Shown here in pieces: positions 36,290 through 46,037 of a stretch of DNA of 55,316 bases. Under the pieces are notes generated by a model. The model made no database searches. It saw only the letters and a list, made by a program, of their open reading frames with translations, and was not told the origin of the DNA. Each line of letters starts with the position of its first letter. The stretch's first letter is position 1. A program made the position numbers and the translations under genes. Source of the DNA: Sphingomicrobium sp. (GTDB lineage: Bacteria > Pseudomonadota > Alphaproteobacteria > Sphingomonadales > Sphingomonadaceae); the NCBI GenBank assembly GCA_035540655.1, contig DATLGC010000163.1, positions 1 to 55,316 on the forward strand, in the 5' to 3' direction.

Positions 36290-37246
36290 CTATACACCAA
36301 GCGCACTGAACAGTTCCTGCATGTCGGGCGGCATGCCGCTGTCGAACGACAGGCGGTGCTTCGTTACGGGGTGAACGAAAGCGAGTTTGGCTGCGTGCAG
36401 TGCCTGCCGATGAAACTGCAGGTTTTTCAACAGGTCGCGATGCGATTTTGATGACCGCCCGTAAACCGGATCGCCGACCAGGGGATGGCCGATCGATGCC
36501 ATGTGGACCCGCACCTGGTGGGTACGACCGGTTTCCAGCCGGCATTCGACCAGCGCAGCGTCATTCAATGGCTGCAGCCTTCGCCAGTGGGTGACTGCCC
36601 GCTTGCCGCGCCCGCCCTCGACGATTGCGATCTTCTTGCGATTGGTGGAGGATCGGGCGAGCGGCGCGTCGATCGTCCCCTCGGCACCCTTCGGCAGCCC
36701 GGTGACGATCGCCAGGTAACGGCGCTCGATGCTGTGGGCGGCGAACTGCCTGGCAAGCCCTTCATGGGCGGGATCCGCCTTGGCGACGACCAGAAGCCCC
36801 GACGTGTCCTTGTCGATTCGGTGGACAATGCCTGGACGGGCCACTCCGCCAATTCCCGACAGGCTGCCGCCGCAATGGTGGAGAAGCGCATTGACCAGGG
36901 TCCCGTCGCGATTGCCCGCGGCCGGGTGGACGACGAGCCCGGCCGGCTTGTCGACCACCAGCAGATGCTCGTCCTCGAAGATGATTCGAAGCGGGATGTC
37001 CTGCGGAGCATTGTGCGCCGGCTCGGGCTCGGGAACGGCGAGGCGAAATTCCTCGCTGCCTTTCACCCTGGCGGCCGGGTCGCGCGCCAGTTGCCCCGCC
37101 GAATCGACCAGGCCGCCGCCGCGGATCAGCGCCTTGAGGCGTTCCCGCGACAGGGCGGGGACGGCGTCCGCGAGGGCGCGGTCGAGCCGCCAGCCCGAAT
37201 GGCCGGCATTGAGCCGCACTTCGACGATCTTCTGCCCCCCGGCCAT
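36290..37246 (-). CDS. rluD: RluA-family pseudouridine synthase (RluD)
   Basis: S4 domain; KPAGLVVHP, HRIDKDTSG, TGRTHQVR. Confidence 0.9.
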   Translation of the reverse strand: MAGGQKIVEVRLNAGHSGWRLDRALADAVPALSRERLKALIRGGGLVDSAGQLARDPAARVKGSEEFRLAVPEPEPAHNAPQDIPLRIIFEDEHLLVVDKPAGLVVHPAAGNRDGTLVNALLHHCGGSLSGIGGVARPGIVHRIDKDTSGLLVVAKADPAHEGLARQFAAHSIERRYLAIVTGLPKGAEGTIDAPLARSSTNRKKIAIVEGGRGKRAVTHWRRLQPLNDAALVECRLETGRTHQVRVHMASIGHPLVGDPVYGRSSKSHRDLLKNLQFHRQALHAAKLAFVHPVTKHRLSFDSGMPPDMQELFSALGV

Positions 37247-37330
37247 AGCTCAGGGATATCGGATGCGGGCCGCCGGCGTTCAAGCTTCCGGTCCTTGCGC
37301 TGGGTTAAACTCTGCCGCATCAAGCCGACG

Positions 37331-37972
37331 ATGAACGCCGTCGATCTCGCCAGCCTGCTTTGCTCGCGCCTGTGCCATGACCTCATGTCCCCGGTCGGGG
37401 CACTCAACAACGGTCTCGAGCTGCTTGCCGACGAGCAGGATGAGGACATGCGCGAGAAATGCCTCGAGCTTCTCGCTGAAAGCGCCCGTGCCTCGGCCAA
37501 CAAGCTCAAATTCTTTCGTTTGGCCTTTGGCGCTGCGGGCGGCTTCGGCGACAAGGTCGACACCCGCGAAGCGCGTCTCGCGCTCGACGGCGTGTTCGGC
37601 CCGGAAAGGCGGATCGATCTCGGCTGGCTGGTCGACGATTCCAAGCTGGCCAAGGGAGCGGTAAAGCTCCTCCTCAACCTCGCTCTGATTGCCGGCGATG
37701 CCTTGGTCCGGGGCGGTCGGCTCGATGTCGGCGCCGAGCAGGCTGACGGTGCGCTCGAACTCGTGATCCGCGCCGAAGGGCCGCGGATCCTGCTCGATCC
37801 CGTGTTGCGGGAAACGCTTGTCAGCGGGGGTAGCGGCGGCCAGGTCGAACCGCGCGCGGCGGGCGCCTGGCTGGCGCATGCGCTCGCTTGCGAGGCGGGG
37901 GGCAGCATTCGACTGTCCGATCCGTCGGAAGACATGCTTGTGATCGGAGCCCAGCTCCCCGCACAGGGATAA
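37331..37972 (+). CDS. chpT: Histidine phosphotransferase ChpT
   Basis: LLCSRLCHDLMSPVGA..NGLELL, FFRLAFG. Confidence 0.92.
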   Translation: MNAVDLASLLCSRLCHDLMSPVGALNNGLELLADEQDEDMREKCLELLAESARASANKLKFFRLAFGAAGGFGDKVDTREARLALDGVFGPERRIDLGWLVDDSKLAKGAVKLLLNLALIAGDALVRGGRLDVGAEQADGALELVIRAEGPRILLDPVLRETLVSGGSGGQVEPRAAGAWLAHALACEAGGSIRLSDPSEDMLVIGAQLPAQG

Positions 37973-37984
37973 CGGCGCGTTAAC
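37969..37984 (+). promoter_or_regulatory. Putative CtrA box upstream of cheA
   Basis: ATAA-N7-TTAAC, one mismatch to TTAA-N7-TTAAC. Confidence 0.55.
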
Positions 37985-38030
37985 ACCTTGCCGCCATAAC
38001 GACCCCGCTAATGGGGGCTGGGGCGCGCCG

Positions 38031-40379
38031 ATGGACGATCTGATTGCCGATTTCGTTGCGGAATGCCGCGAGATGCTCGAAGCTTTGGGGGGCGAGATCG
38101 TCGCCTGGGAAGCCGCGCCCGACGACCGCGCCCGGCTGGATTCGATCTTTCGCTTCGTCCACACCGTGAAGGGCAATTGCGGCTTCTTCGATTTCCCGCG
38201 CCTCGAGGCGCTGAGCCACGCTGCCGAGGATGCGCTTGCCGACGTCCGCGCCGGCCGCCGTCAGGCCGATGGGCCTTTGGTCAGCGCGGTCCTGGCGATC
38301 ATCGACCGGATCAGCGAGATGATCGCCGCGATCGAGGACGGCGAAGAAATGCCGGCCGGCGATGACAGCGCGCTGATCGATGCATTGGCTCCGGGGGCGG
38401 AGGCACCGGCCGCACCCGCGGCCGCTACCGTCGGCGAGGCCCAGGGAAAAGCGTCAGCTCCTCGAACCATCCGGCTGTCGGTGGAATTGCTCGACCGCGT
38501 GATGAGCACCGTGTCCGACATGGTGCTCGCCCGGAACGAGCTTGCCCGCCGGCTTCGCGAATCGCCGACCGAAGTATCGGTCGACGGGGCGTTCGAACGG
38601 CTGTCGGCGATCATCGCCGAAATGCGCGACGCGATTACCCGCACGCGAATGCAACGGATCGAAAATCTGTTTGTCGCCCTGCCGCGAATGGTCCGCGACC
38701 TGTCGGCCGACCTTGGCAAGCAGGTGCTGGTCGATATCGATGGAGGCGATGTCGAGCTCGATCGCGAGATGATCGAAATGATCCGCGATCCACTGACCCA
38801 CATCATCCGCAACGCGGTCGACCACGGAATCGAAAACCCGGCCGAGCGCCTCAATGCCGGCAAGCGCGAGATCGGCGTCCTGTCGGTTTCCGCGCGCCAG
38901 TCGGGCAACCAGATTCTCATCGCCATCCAGGACGACGGCCGCGGCATCGATCGCAAGAGGCTGGTCGAAAAGGCGATCGCCGCGGGCATCATCGACAAGG
39001 CCGCCGCAGCCGAGCTCAGCCCGCGCGAGCAGCTTGCGCTCATCTTCGAAGCCGGCTTGTCTACCGCCAAGGAAGTGACCGCCATCTCAGGGCGCGGAGT
39101 CGGCATGGATGTCGTTCGGTCCAACGTCGAGCGGATAGGCGGCATCGTCGAGCTCGACAGCAGGCTGGGCGAGGGCACTAGGATGACCCTTCGAGTGCCG
39201 CTGACGCTCACCATCATCCCGGCCCTGACCGTGTCGATCGGCAACCAGCATTTCGCCATTCCCAGGTCGGCGATCGACGAAATCGTCCGCGCCAACGGCG
39301 AATCGGTCACGCTCGACATCCTCGGCGGAGCCGGAGTCGCAACGATCCGCGGCCGGCGGGTGCCCGAAGTGGCATTGGCCGACATCCTCGGAATCGACAG
39401 CAATGTTCGCGACGAGGACCGGACCCTGGTCGTGCTTCGACCGGCGGGAGCCGACGTCTACGCCCTCGCTGTCGACCGAATCCACGATCACGAGGAGCTG
39501 GTCGTCAAGCCGGCCGCACCGGCGGTCATGGCGACCGGACTTTATGCCGGGACCACCCTGGCCGACGACGGCAGCCCGATCCTGCTCATGGACCCCGCTG
39601 GCATCGCCCAGGTCGGTGGAGTCAAGCTCGAGGCCCAGGAGCGCGCCGCGCGAGTCGCGGAAGGTCAGGCAAGCGCCGCCGGACCGCAATCGGTGCCGGT
39701 GTTGCTGTTCCGCGGCCTTGACGGCGCTAGCCGGGCCCTTCGCCTCGCGGTCGTCGATCGGATCGAGGAAGTTCCCGCAACCGCGGTTCGTCCCGGCGCC
39801 GGTCAGCTGCGAGTCCAGCTGGGCGAGGCGATCCTTCCGCTCGCCGGAGTCGGCGAAGGCGGAGTAACCGGCGAAAAGGTCCGGGTCTTCCGGATCAATG
39901 ATGGAACCCAGGAAATCGGCTACGCCTTCCAGGAGGTCATCGACCTTTCGACCGTCGACCGCGACATTATCGTCGCCGAAAGCCCCGGCGAGATCAGCGG
40001 CGTCACCCTGATCAACGGCGAGCCGGCCGAGCTGGTCGACGCTCACTGGCTGTTCGCCAACCATCTCGGCGGCGCCGCCCGCCATTCGGGCGAGCCTCCG
40101 GTTTGCCGGCTTCCCGACGACGACCCCTGGATGCAGAACATGCTCCGGCCGATCGTCGAGGCGGCCGGCTATCGGGTCGTCGGCTGCGCCGAGGAGGTGG
40201 AAGCGGAGCTGGTGATCGCGGCCCAGGGGTCGAAGCCCGCGCAGTCCAAATCCGGCAAGACCATCTGGCTGCGGACCGAGCCCGAAAGCGCGAACGACAA
40301 GGACAAGAGCATCTACCGCTATGACCGGGCGGGCCTGTTGATGGCCCTCAAGGCGGCGGGGGCGGGGAAGGGCAAATGA
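38031..40379 (+). CDS. cheA: Chemotaxis histidine kinase CheA
   Basis: Hpt FRFVHTVKG; RNAVDHGIE; DDGRG; SGRGVGMDVV; CheW domains. Confidence 0.95.
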   Translation: MDDLIADFVAECREMLEALGGEIVAWEAAPDDRARLDSIFRFVHTVKGNCGFFDFPRLEALSHAAEDALADVRAGRRQADGPLVSAVLAIIDRISEMIAAIEDGEEMPAGDDSALIDALAPGAEAPAAPAAATVGEAQGKASAPRTIRLSVELLDRVMSTVSDMVLARNELARRLRESPTEVSVDGAFERLSAIIAEMRDAITRTRMQRIENLFVALPRMVRDLSADLGKQVLVDIDGGDVELDREMIEMIRDPLTHIIRNAVDHGIENPAERLNAGKREIGVLSVSARQSGNQILIAIQDDGRGIDRKRLVEKAIAAGIIDKAAAAELSPREQLALIFEAGLSTAKEVTAISGRGVGMDVVRSNVERIGGIVELDSRLGEGTRMTLRVPLTLTIIPALTVSIGNQHFAIPRSAIDEIVRANGESVTLDILGGAGVATIRGRRVPEVALADILGIDSNVRDEDRTLVVLRPAGADVYALAVDRIHDHEELVVKPAAPAVMATGLYAGTTLADDGSPILLMDPAGIAQVGGVKLEAQERAARVAEGQASAAGPQSVPVLLFRGLDGASRALRLAVVDRIEEVPATAVRPGAGQLRVQLGEAILPLAGVGEGGVTGEKVRVFRINDGTQEIGYAFQEVIDLSTVDRDIIVAESPGEISGVTLINGEPAELVDAHWLFANHLGGAARHSGEPPVCRLPDDDPWMQNMLRPIVEAAGYRVVGCAEEVEAELVIAAQGSKPAQSKSGKTIWLRTEPESANDKDKSIYRYDRAGLLMALKAAGAGKGK

Positions 40380-40813
40380 ACGAGCTGCTTTTGATCGTGA
40401 CGATTGGCGGAGAGCGGGTGGCGCTTCCGGCGGCGGCCGTCGAATCCGTCGTCGAGCTCGACACCTTGATCTCGGTTCCGCGCGCCGCTCCGCATGTCGC
40501 CGGCCTGTCGGCGCTTCGCAGCCGGGTGCTAACGGTGATCGATTGCATGCGTTCGCTCGAGCTCGGAACCACCGATTGCTCCGGCGGAATCCGCGAAGCG
40601 GCCGTCGTCGAGCTCGATGGCCATCATTACGCGCTGATCGTCGACCTCGTCGAAGATGTCGTCGAAGCGCAGTCGGAACCAAGTCCCGTTCGCGCTGCCA
40701 TGGGGCCGGGCTGGGAACGGGTTTCGCATGGGATGGTGGAAACGGAGGCCGGGCCGCTGCTGCTGGTCGACGTCGCCGCCTTGATCGTCGGGTTGGAAAC
40801 GAAGGCGGCTTAA
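40376..40813 (+). CDS. cheW: CheW
   Basis: VPRAAPHVAGLSALRSRVLTVID; operon position. Confidence 0.9.
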   Translation: MNELLLIVTIGGERVALPAAAVESVVELDTLISVPRAAPHVAGLSALRSRVLTVIDCMRSLELGTTDCSGGIREAAVVELDGHHYALIVDLVEDVVEAQSEPSPVRAAMGPGWERVSHGMVETEAGPLLLVDVAALIVGLETKAA

Positions 40814-40870
40814 GCTCTTCGTTACCCTTCGCGGCTAAACGGACGGAAACCTAAGCGGGAAGCGCAGGAA

Positions 40871-41236
40871 ATGAAGAGCTGTCTGATCGTCGATGATTCG
40901 AAGGTGATCCGCAAGGTCGCCCGCCATATTCTCGAAACTCTCGATTTCGAGGTCGATGAAGCGGGTGACGGGCAAGAGGCCTTGTCGCGCTGCGAACAGC
41001 GAATGCCCGACGTGGTTCTGCTCGACTGGAACATGCCGGTGATGAGCGGCATGGAATTCCTTCGAATGCTCCGCCAGCGTGGTCATAGCGACCAGCCCAA
41101 GGTGGTTTTCTGCACGACCGAAAATGACATGGCGCATATCCGCGCGGCGCTCGAAGCTGGCGCCGACGAATATGTGATGAAGCCGTTCGACCGAGAGACG
41201 CTGCACATCAAGCTTCAACTCGTCGGCGTCGCCTGA
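40871..41236 (+). CDS. cheY: CheY response regulator
   Basis: LIVDDS, LLDWNMP, KPFD. Confidence 0.92.
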   Translation: MKSCLIVDDSKVIRKVARHILETLDFEVDEAGDGQEALSRCEQRMPDVVLLDWNMPVMSGMEFLRMLRQRGHSDQPKVVFCTTENDMAHIRAALEAGADEYVMKPFDRETLHIKLQLVGVA

Positions 41237-41246
41237 GTCCCCCCGA

Positions 41247-42353
41247 ATGGAGCGGGCGCTCGCCAGATCGCGGGACCGCCAGGTAACGCCACGGAACGGC
41301 AGGCGCCGGATCCGGCTGATGATCGTCGATGACTCGATGGTCGCTCGCGCGGTTCTGTCGCGAATGATCGAAAGCGACGACAGTTTCGAAATCGCTGCTG
41401 TCGCCGGAACCGCCGAGGACGCCTTGGACGCCCTCCAGGCGGTGCGGGTCGATATCATCCTGCTCGACCTTGAGATGCCCGGGGCAGGGGGGCTCAAGTC
41501 CCTGCCGCGGATAATCAACAATGCAGCGGGCGCAAAGGTGATGATCGTTTCGTCCCTCGCCGAGGAAGGTGCGGAGGAAACCATCGCGGCCTTGGCGATG
41601 GGGGCGGCCGACACCTTGCCCAAGCCGGGCACCGGACGCTTCAATGGCCGGTTCTCCGAAATCCTGCTCGCGAGGCTCAAGGCGCTCGGCCATGCCGAGA
41701 CCGTCCAGCCGAAAAGTCCGCCCCCAGGCAACCTGACCGGCGCTCCACTTCGCGCCATGCCGACCGACCCGATCGGCATTCTCGCGGTCGGCGCCTCGAC
41801 CGGTGGGATCCACGCCATCGGCAGCCTGTTCCATTCCCTGCCGCGCCGGATCGGCGTTCCGATCCTCGTCACGCAACATCTTCCGGCTCCCTTCATGACG
41901 GTGTTCGCTCGCCAGCTCGGAGTGACCGCCAAACGCGAAGCCCTCGTCGCCGAAGACGGGATGGCCCTGGCTCCTGATCGAATCCTCATTGCGCCCGGCG
42001 ACGCGCATATCACCGTTGACGTCGGTGCGGACGGTTCGGTGGTCAGGCTGGTGCGCGGCCCGGTGCCGAGCGGCTGCCTGCCGTCGGTCGACCCGATGTT
42101 CGCTTCGGTCGCCGCGGCCTATGGCCCGGCCGCTCTTGGCGTGATCCTGACCGGGATGGGCCGTGACGGAGTTGCCGGGGCTGGTCGCCTGGTCGCCTGC
42201 GGCGGAGCGGTGCTTGCCCAGGACGAGGCCAGCTCGGCGGTGTGGGGAATGCCACGGGCGGTCATCGAGGCCGGCCTTGCCTGCGCGGTGATGGCGCCGG
42301 ACAAGATCGCCCGGCGGATTATTTCGCGGACCGGGGACGGCCCATGCAAGTAA
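41247..42353 (+). CDS. cheB: CheB methylesterase
   Basis: Receiver domain plus GASTGG, QHLP, PSVD, LTGMGRDG. Confidence 0.93.
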   Translation: MERALARSRDRQVTPRNGRRRIRLMIVDDSMVARAVLSRMIESDDSFEIAAVAGTAEDALDALQAVRVDIILLDLEMPGAGGLKSLPRIINNAAGAKVMIVSSLAEEGAEETIAALAMGAADTLPKPGTGRFNGRFSEILLARLKALGHAETVQPKSPPPGNLTGAPLRAMPTDPIGILAVGASTGGIHAIGSLFHSLPRRIGVPILVTQHLPAPFMTVFARQLGVTAKREALVAEDGMALAPDRILIAPGDAHITVDVGADGSVVRLVRGPVPSGCLPSVDPMFASVAAAYGPAALGVILTGMGRDGVAGAGRLVACGGAVLAQDEASSAVWGMPRAVIEAGLACAVMAPDKIARRIISRTGDGPCK

Positions 42354-43213
42354 GCGACAGCTCGAGCCGGATTCTTGCCGGCCTGCTCGAGGCGCGCACC
42401 GGACAGCAGCTCACGATGAGCCGCCGCTGGCGGATCGAAACGGCGCTCTCCGCTTTGCTTCGCGAGCGCGGGATCGCAACGCTCGACGAGCTGATCACCA
42501 TTCTCGTCATGGGCAAGGAGCCAGGGCTGTCCAACCAGGTGGTGGAAGCATTGCTGAACAACGAAACCTATTTCTTCCGCGACCGGGCACCCTTCGACCT
42601 GCTCGCCCGTCACGCCCTTCCCACGATCGCCGAGAAACGCAAGGCGCAGCGCACGATCCGGATATGGTCGGCCGGCTGCTCGACCGGCCAGGAAGTCTAT
42701 TCGCTCGCCATGCTGTTCGCTGAAAATGAAAGCGCCTGGCGCGGCTGGACGATCGACATCGTCGGAACCGACGTGTCTACCTCGGTCATCGACCGGGCGC
42801 GCGCGGGCGCCTATTCGCAGTTCGAGGTCCAGCGCGGCCTCGGCATCCAGCAGATGATCCGCTGGTTCGAGGAATGCGACGGCGGATGGCGAGCGGTCGA
42901 AGCCGTTCGCCGCAGCGTCCGATTCCAGGTCCACAATCTGCTCGAGCCGCCGCCGCATCCGGGCGGCTTCGACATCGTGCTGTGCCGCAACGTGCTGCTC
43001 TATCTCTGTTCCGACAAGCGGACACTGGCGTTCGAGCGGCTCGCTTCGGCGGTCGCGGACGACGGCTGGCTGATGCTCGGCGCCGGCGAGACGGTCATCG
43101 GCCAGACTCGCAGGTTTGCCGCCGACAACCAGGCGAGGGGCCTCTACCGCCCGGTCACCGCCGATGTTGACAAACGATCGGGCCACGACCGCCGGGCAAG
43201 CACCAGGGGTTGA
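42344..43213 (+). CDS. cheR: CheR methyltransferase
   Basis: NETYFFRD, IWSAGCSTGQE, CRNVLLY. Confidence 0.93.
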   Translation: MQVSDSSSRILAGLLEARTGQQLTMSRRWRIETALSALLRERGIATLDELITILVMGKEPGLSNQVVEALLNNETYFFRDRAPFDLLARHALPTIAEKRKAQRTIRIWSAGCSTGQEVYSLAMLFAENESAWRGWTIDIVGTDVSTSVIDRARAGAYSQFEVQRGLGIQQMIRWFEECDGGWRAVEAVRRSVRFQVHNLLEPPPHPGGFDIVLCRNVLLYLCSDKRTLAFERLASAVADDGWLMLGAGETVIGQTRRFAADNQARGLYRPVTADVDKRSGHDRRASTRG

Positions 43214-43244
43214 CCCGACCGTCCCGGTTGTGCGCCATTAGCGC

Positions 43245-43925
43245 ATGACTTTCGTCGAGCGACCATCGCCCAATTTCGACGAACGGGCGCTGCCGGTGTC
43301 GATGGTCGTCCTCCATTATACCGGAATGGCGGATGCGAAGAGCGCGCTCGACCGGCTGACGTCGCCGGAAGCAAAGGTTTCCTGCCATTATTTCATCGAC
43401 GAGGACGGCACCGTCTACCGCCTGGTCGACGAGGCCAAGCGCGCCTGGCATGCGGGCAAGTCGCGCTGGCGCGGAGTGACCGACGTAAACTCCGCAAGCG
43501 TCGGCATCGAGCTCGTCAACCCCGGCCACGAATTCGGCTACCGGCCCTTTCCCGACGAGCAGGTCGCCGCGCTGATCCCGCTGCTGGCCGATATCAAGGC
43601 GCGCCACGGCATCGGGCGTGGCAATATCGTCGGCCATTCCGATGTCGCCCCGGCACGCAAGGAGGACCCGGGCGAACTGTTTCCCTGGTGGGAGCTCGCC
43701 AAGCGCCGGCTTGCCCTGCCGAGCCCCACCCGCGAGCTGATCGATCCTTTCTGGACCGATGCCGGCTTCCTGCTGGCGCTCGAGCGCTTCGGCTATGACG
43801 TCACCGATCCGCAAAAGGCGGTTATCGCCTTCCAGCGGCGATTCCGCCCAGACATGATCGACGGGATCATCGACGGCGAATGCCGCGCCAAGCTGCTGGC
43901 GCTCTTGTTGCCTCGGCCGCAGTGA
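43245..43925 (+). CDS. N-acetylmuramoyl-L-alanine amidase (AmpD/Amidase_2)
   Basis: VLHYT, RAWHAG, SVGIE, GHSDVAP.RK.DPG. Confidence 0.92.
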   Translation: MTFVERPSPNFDERALPVSMVVLHYTGMADAKSALDRLTSPEAKVSCHYFIDEDGTVYRLVDEAKRAWHAGKSRWRGVTDVNSASVGIELVNPGHEFGYRPFPDEQVAALIPLLADIKARHGIGRGNIVGHSDVAPARKEDPGELFPWWELAKRRLALPSPTRELIDPFWTDAGFLLALERFGYDVTDPQKAVIAFQRRFRPDMIDGIIDGECRAKLLALLLPRPQ

Positions 43926-43931
43926 CAGAGC

Positions 43932-45449
43932 CTAAACCGGCTCTGCCTGACTTGCCGGTTGGAGGCTGTCCTTGGTCGTTTCCGGCGCTGTCGTTCGCCT
44001 GTCCGTGGCCTTGCCCGAACTTGGTACGGCCCTCGCGATGAAACGCATGGTGTAAGGATCAAGAATGGCGGGAAGTTCGCTCGGGTCGATCCGCTCGGGG
44101 TCAGCGAGCCGGATGTCATGATGGCGCAGCAATTCGGCGAGGAAGCGGCTTCCGACCATCAGCACCAGATGGCGTGCCGGGCAGATGCCGGGTCCGCCGC
44201 TGAAGGGAACAAGCGGATATCCATTCGCCACGGGCTCCTCCAGCCAGATTTCCGGTTCGAAGCGATGCGCGAAGTCGAGCTGGCGGTCGTCGCGATGGAA
44301 ATAAGGGGCGAAGATGACAATGCCGGAACCGGCGGGCATCTCCGATCCGCGCCAACGCGTCGGCTTCGTCGTTTCCCGCAGGATCATTGGAGTCGTCGGC
44401 CAAAGCCGAAGCGATTCGAGGATGGAGGCGCGAAGTAGAGGAAGTTCTGCGTCGGCCCGCTCGACGGCCGGAGCTTCTCGACGAGCCTCCAGGCTGCGAT
44501 CCTCGTGGCCGGCAAGCAGCGCCAACGCGCGGCTTGTCGCCATTCCCGCCGGGTCGAAAGCGAAAAGCCATTGCGCGGCCTGATGCTCGGGCTTGGTTAC
44601 CTGATCCTTTGGTGCCACCGCCGCAAGGGCGGCCAGGCTGCCGGGCTCGGGTCGATCGATGTAAGCCTGGAGACGGCTGAGGAATTCTTCACGCAGCGCG
44701 GTCCGGCGCGGCTTGAAGAAAGCCCAGTTGGCGTCGGACCGCAGCTGCGTGAGAAGGTGGTAAAATTCCACGTCGTCGCGGGCTGAATCGCCGAGCACGA
44801 CCCGGCGAACGAGTCGGAACCAGCTGCGCTCGAACTCTTCCCAGCCAAATTCGCCCGAAGGCTTCGCGGCCGAGAGCAGGTCCAGTGCTTCGTTCCGAAC
44901 AATTTGCGCAAAACGATTGTTCAGCGAGTGGACCGGGCAGGCGCTCTCCAGCACCTGCTCGTTGAACCGGCGTCGCTCGGCACGTTCGCTGCCGTGGGAG
45001 ATCAGCGACCCGTGAGGTTCGAAGTGGCTGAGCGCCGCCTTCTTCTCCCGGCTTGCGCTCGCGAACGGCTCCGGAGTCTCGGCCAGCACGCGCTCGACGT
45101 CGCCCGGCTCGAGGATGATCGCCAGGTTGCGGAACGGGATTCCCAGCAAGACCGGCCCGGGGCCATATTTCTCCTGGACGCGCTGCATCCGGCGAAGCGC
45201 GCGTTTCTCGATATCCGTCGCTTCCGCCAGGCCGACCACCGTCTTGCGGCGGATGATGACACCCTTGGCGAGTGCTGGAAGCGGAACCTCGGCGATGAAG
45301 GCGAGCGTGTCGGCAACGCTCATGATCGGAAGGCCGCCCTTGTGCCGCCGTGAGGCGAGGGCACCAAGCAGCAGCATGCCGGCGACGGCTGCTCCCGCCG
45401 CGATCAATGCGGATCGCGCATAGGGCGAGCGAGTGGGGGCGGTTTGCAT
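43932..45449 (-). CDS. Cytochrome P450
   Basis: ESLR (ExxR), FEPE, PFSGGPGICPA heme-Cys motif. Confidence 0.9.
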   Translation of the reverse strand: MQTAPTRSPYARSALIAAGAAVAGMLLLGALASRRHKGGLPIMSVADTLAFIAEVPLPALAKGVIIRRKTVVGLAEATDIEKRALRRMQRVQEKYGPGPVLLGIPFRNLAIILEPGDVERVLAETPEPFASASREKKAALSHFEPHGSLISHGSERAERRRFNEQVLESACPVHSLNNRFAQIVRNEALDLLSAAKPSGEFGWEEFERSWFRLVRRVVLGDSARDDVEFYHLLTQLRSDANWAFFKPRRTALREEFLSRLQAYIDRPEPGSLAALAAVAPKDQVTKPEHQAAQWLFAFDPAGMATSRALALLAGHEDRSLEARREAPAVERADAELPLLRASILESLRLWPTTPMILRETTKPTRWRGSEMPAGSGIVIFAPYFHRDDRQLDFAHRFEPEIWLEEPVANGYPLVPFSGGPGICPARHLVLMVGSRFLAELLRHHDIRLADPERIDPSELPAILDPYTMRFIARAVPSSGKATDRRTTAPETTKDSLQPASQAEPV

Positions 45450-45513
45450 CGAAGGCTCCTTTTGGGCTCGGTCAGTTCGCCTTGGGCGGGCGCGATGTGC
45501 GACTATTGGGTCA

Positions 45514-45538
45514 AAGCGATGGTAGGCCGGCACGTTCC
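45514..45538 (-). promoter_or_regulatory. Candidate sigma-EcfG promoter of the P450 gene
   Basis: GGAAC-N16-GCTT on the minus strand upstream of ATG 45449. Confidence 0.45.
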
Positions 45539-45608
45539 CGGCCGCTCGGTCGCTGGTGGCAGTTTCGCGGACTCGAAAGCGGCGTCGGGATCACCTATAT
45601 GTCTTGAC

Positions 45609-45985
45609 GCCAGAGGGCCGGGCGGCCGCGGCCCCGGACTTGATCCGGGGACGAGGAAAGTCCGGGCTCCACGGAACAACGGTGCCGGGTAACGCCCGGC
45701 CGGGGGTTCGCCTCCGAGGGACAGTGCCACAGAAAGCATACCGCCCGGCTTCGGACGGGTAAGGTCGAAAGGGTGCGGCAAGAGCGCACCGCGGTCCTGG
45801 CAACAGGGCCGGCACGGTAAACCCCACCGGGTGCAAGACCGAATAGGGGTGGCATATGAGCTGGTTCCGGCTCGCCGCCCGGGTTGGTTGCTTGAGGGGC
45901 GGGGCGACCCGTCCCCTAGAGGAATGGCCGCACAGCCCCGGACTTGATCCGGGGTGGACAGAACCCGGCTTACAGGCCCTCTGGC
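45609..45985 (+). ncRNA. rnpB: RNase P RNA (type A)
   Basis: GAGGAAAGTCCGGGC, AGTGCCACAGAAA and AGAACCCGGCTTA signatures; complementary ends GCCAGAGGGCC / GGCCCTCTGGC. Confidence 0.97.
45631..45954. repeat. Two identical 20-nt palindromic hairpins GCCCCGGACTTGATCCGGGG (45631-45650 and 45935-45954) inside rnpB
   Basis: Direct sequence identity. Confidence 0.9.
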
Positions 45986-46037
45986 TTTTTCTCCCACCGT
46001 CTCGCCAAGCGCGAGACGGTTCCCTAGATGCGTGGCA

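Noticed and set aside
36485-37330. N-terminal extension of ChpT (and similar extensions on rpoH, kdsA, pspA, recA)
   Set aside because: These extensions run over neighbouring genes or promoters; family N-termini match downstream ATGs.
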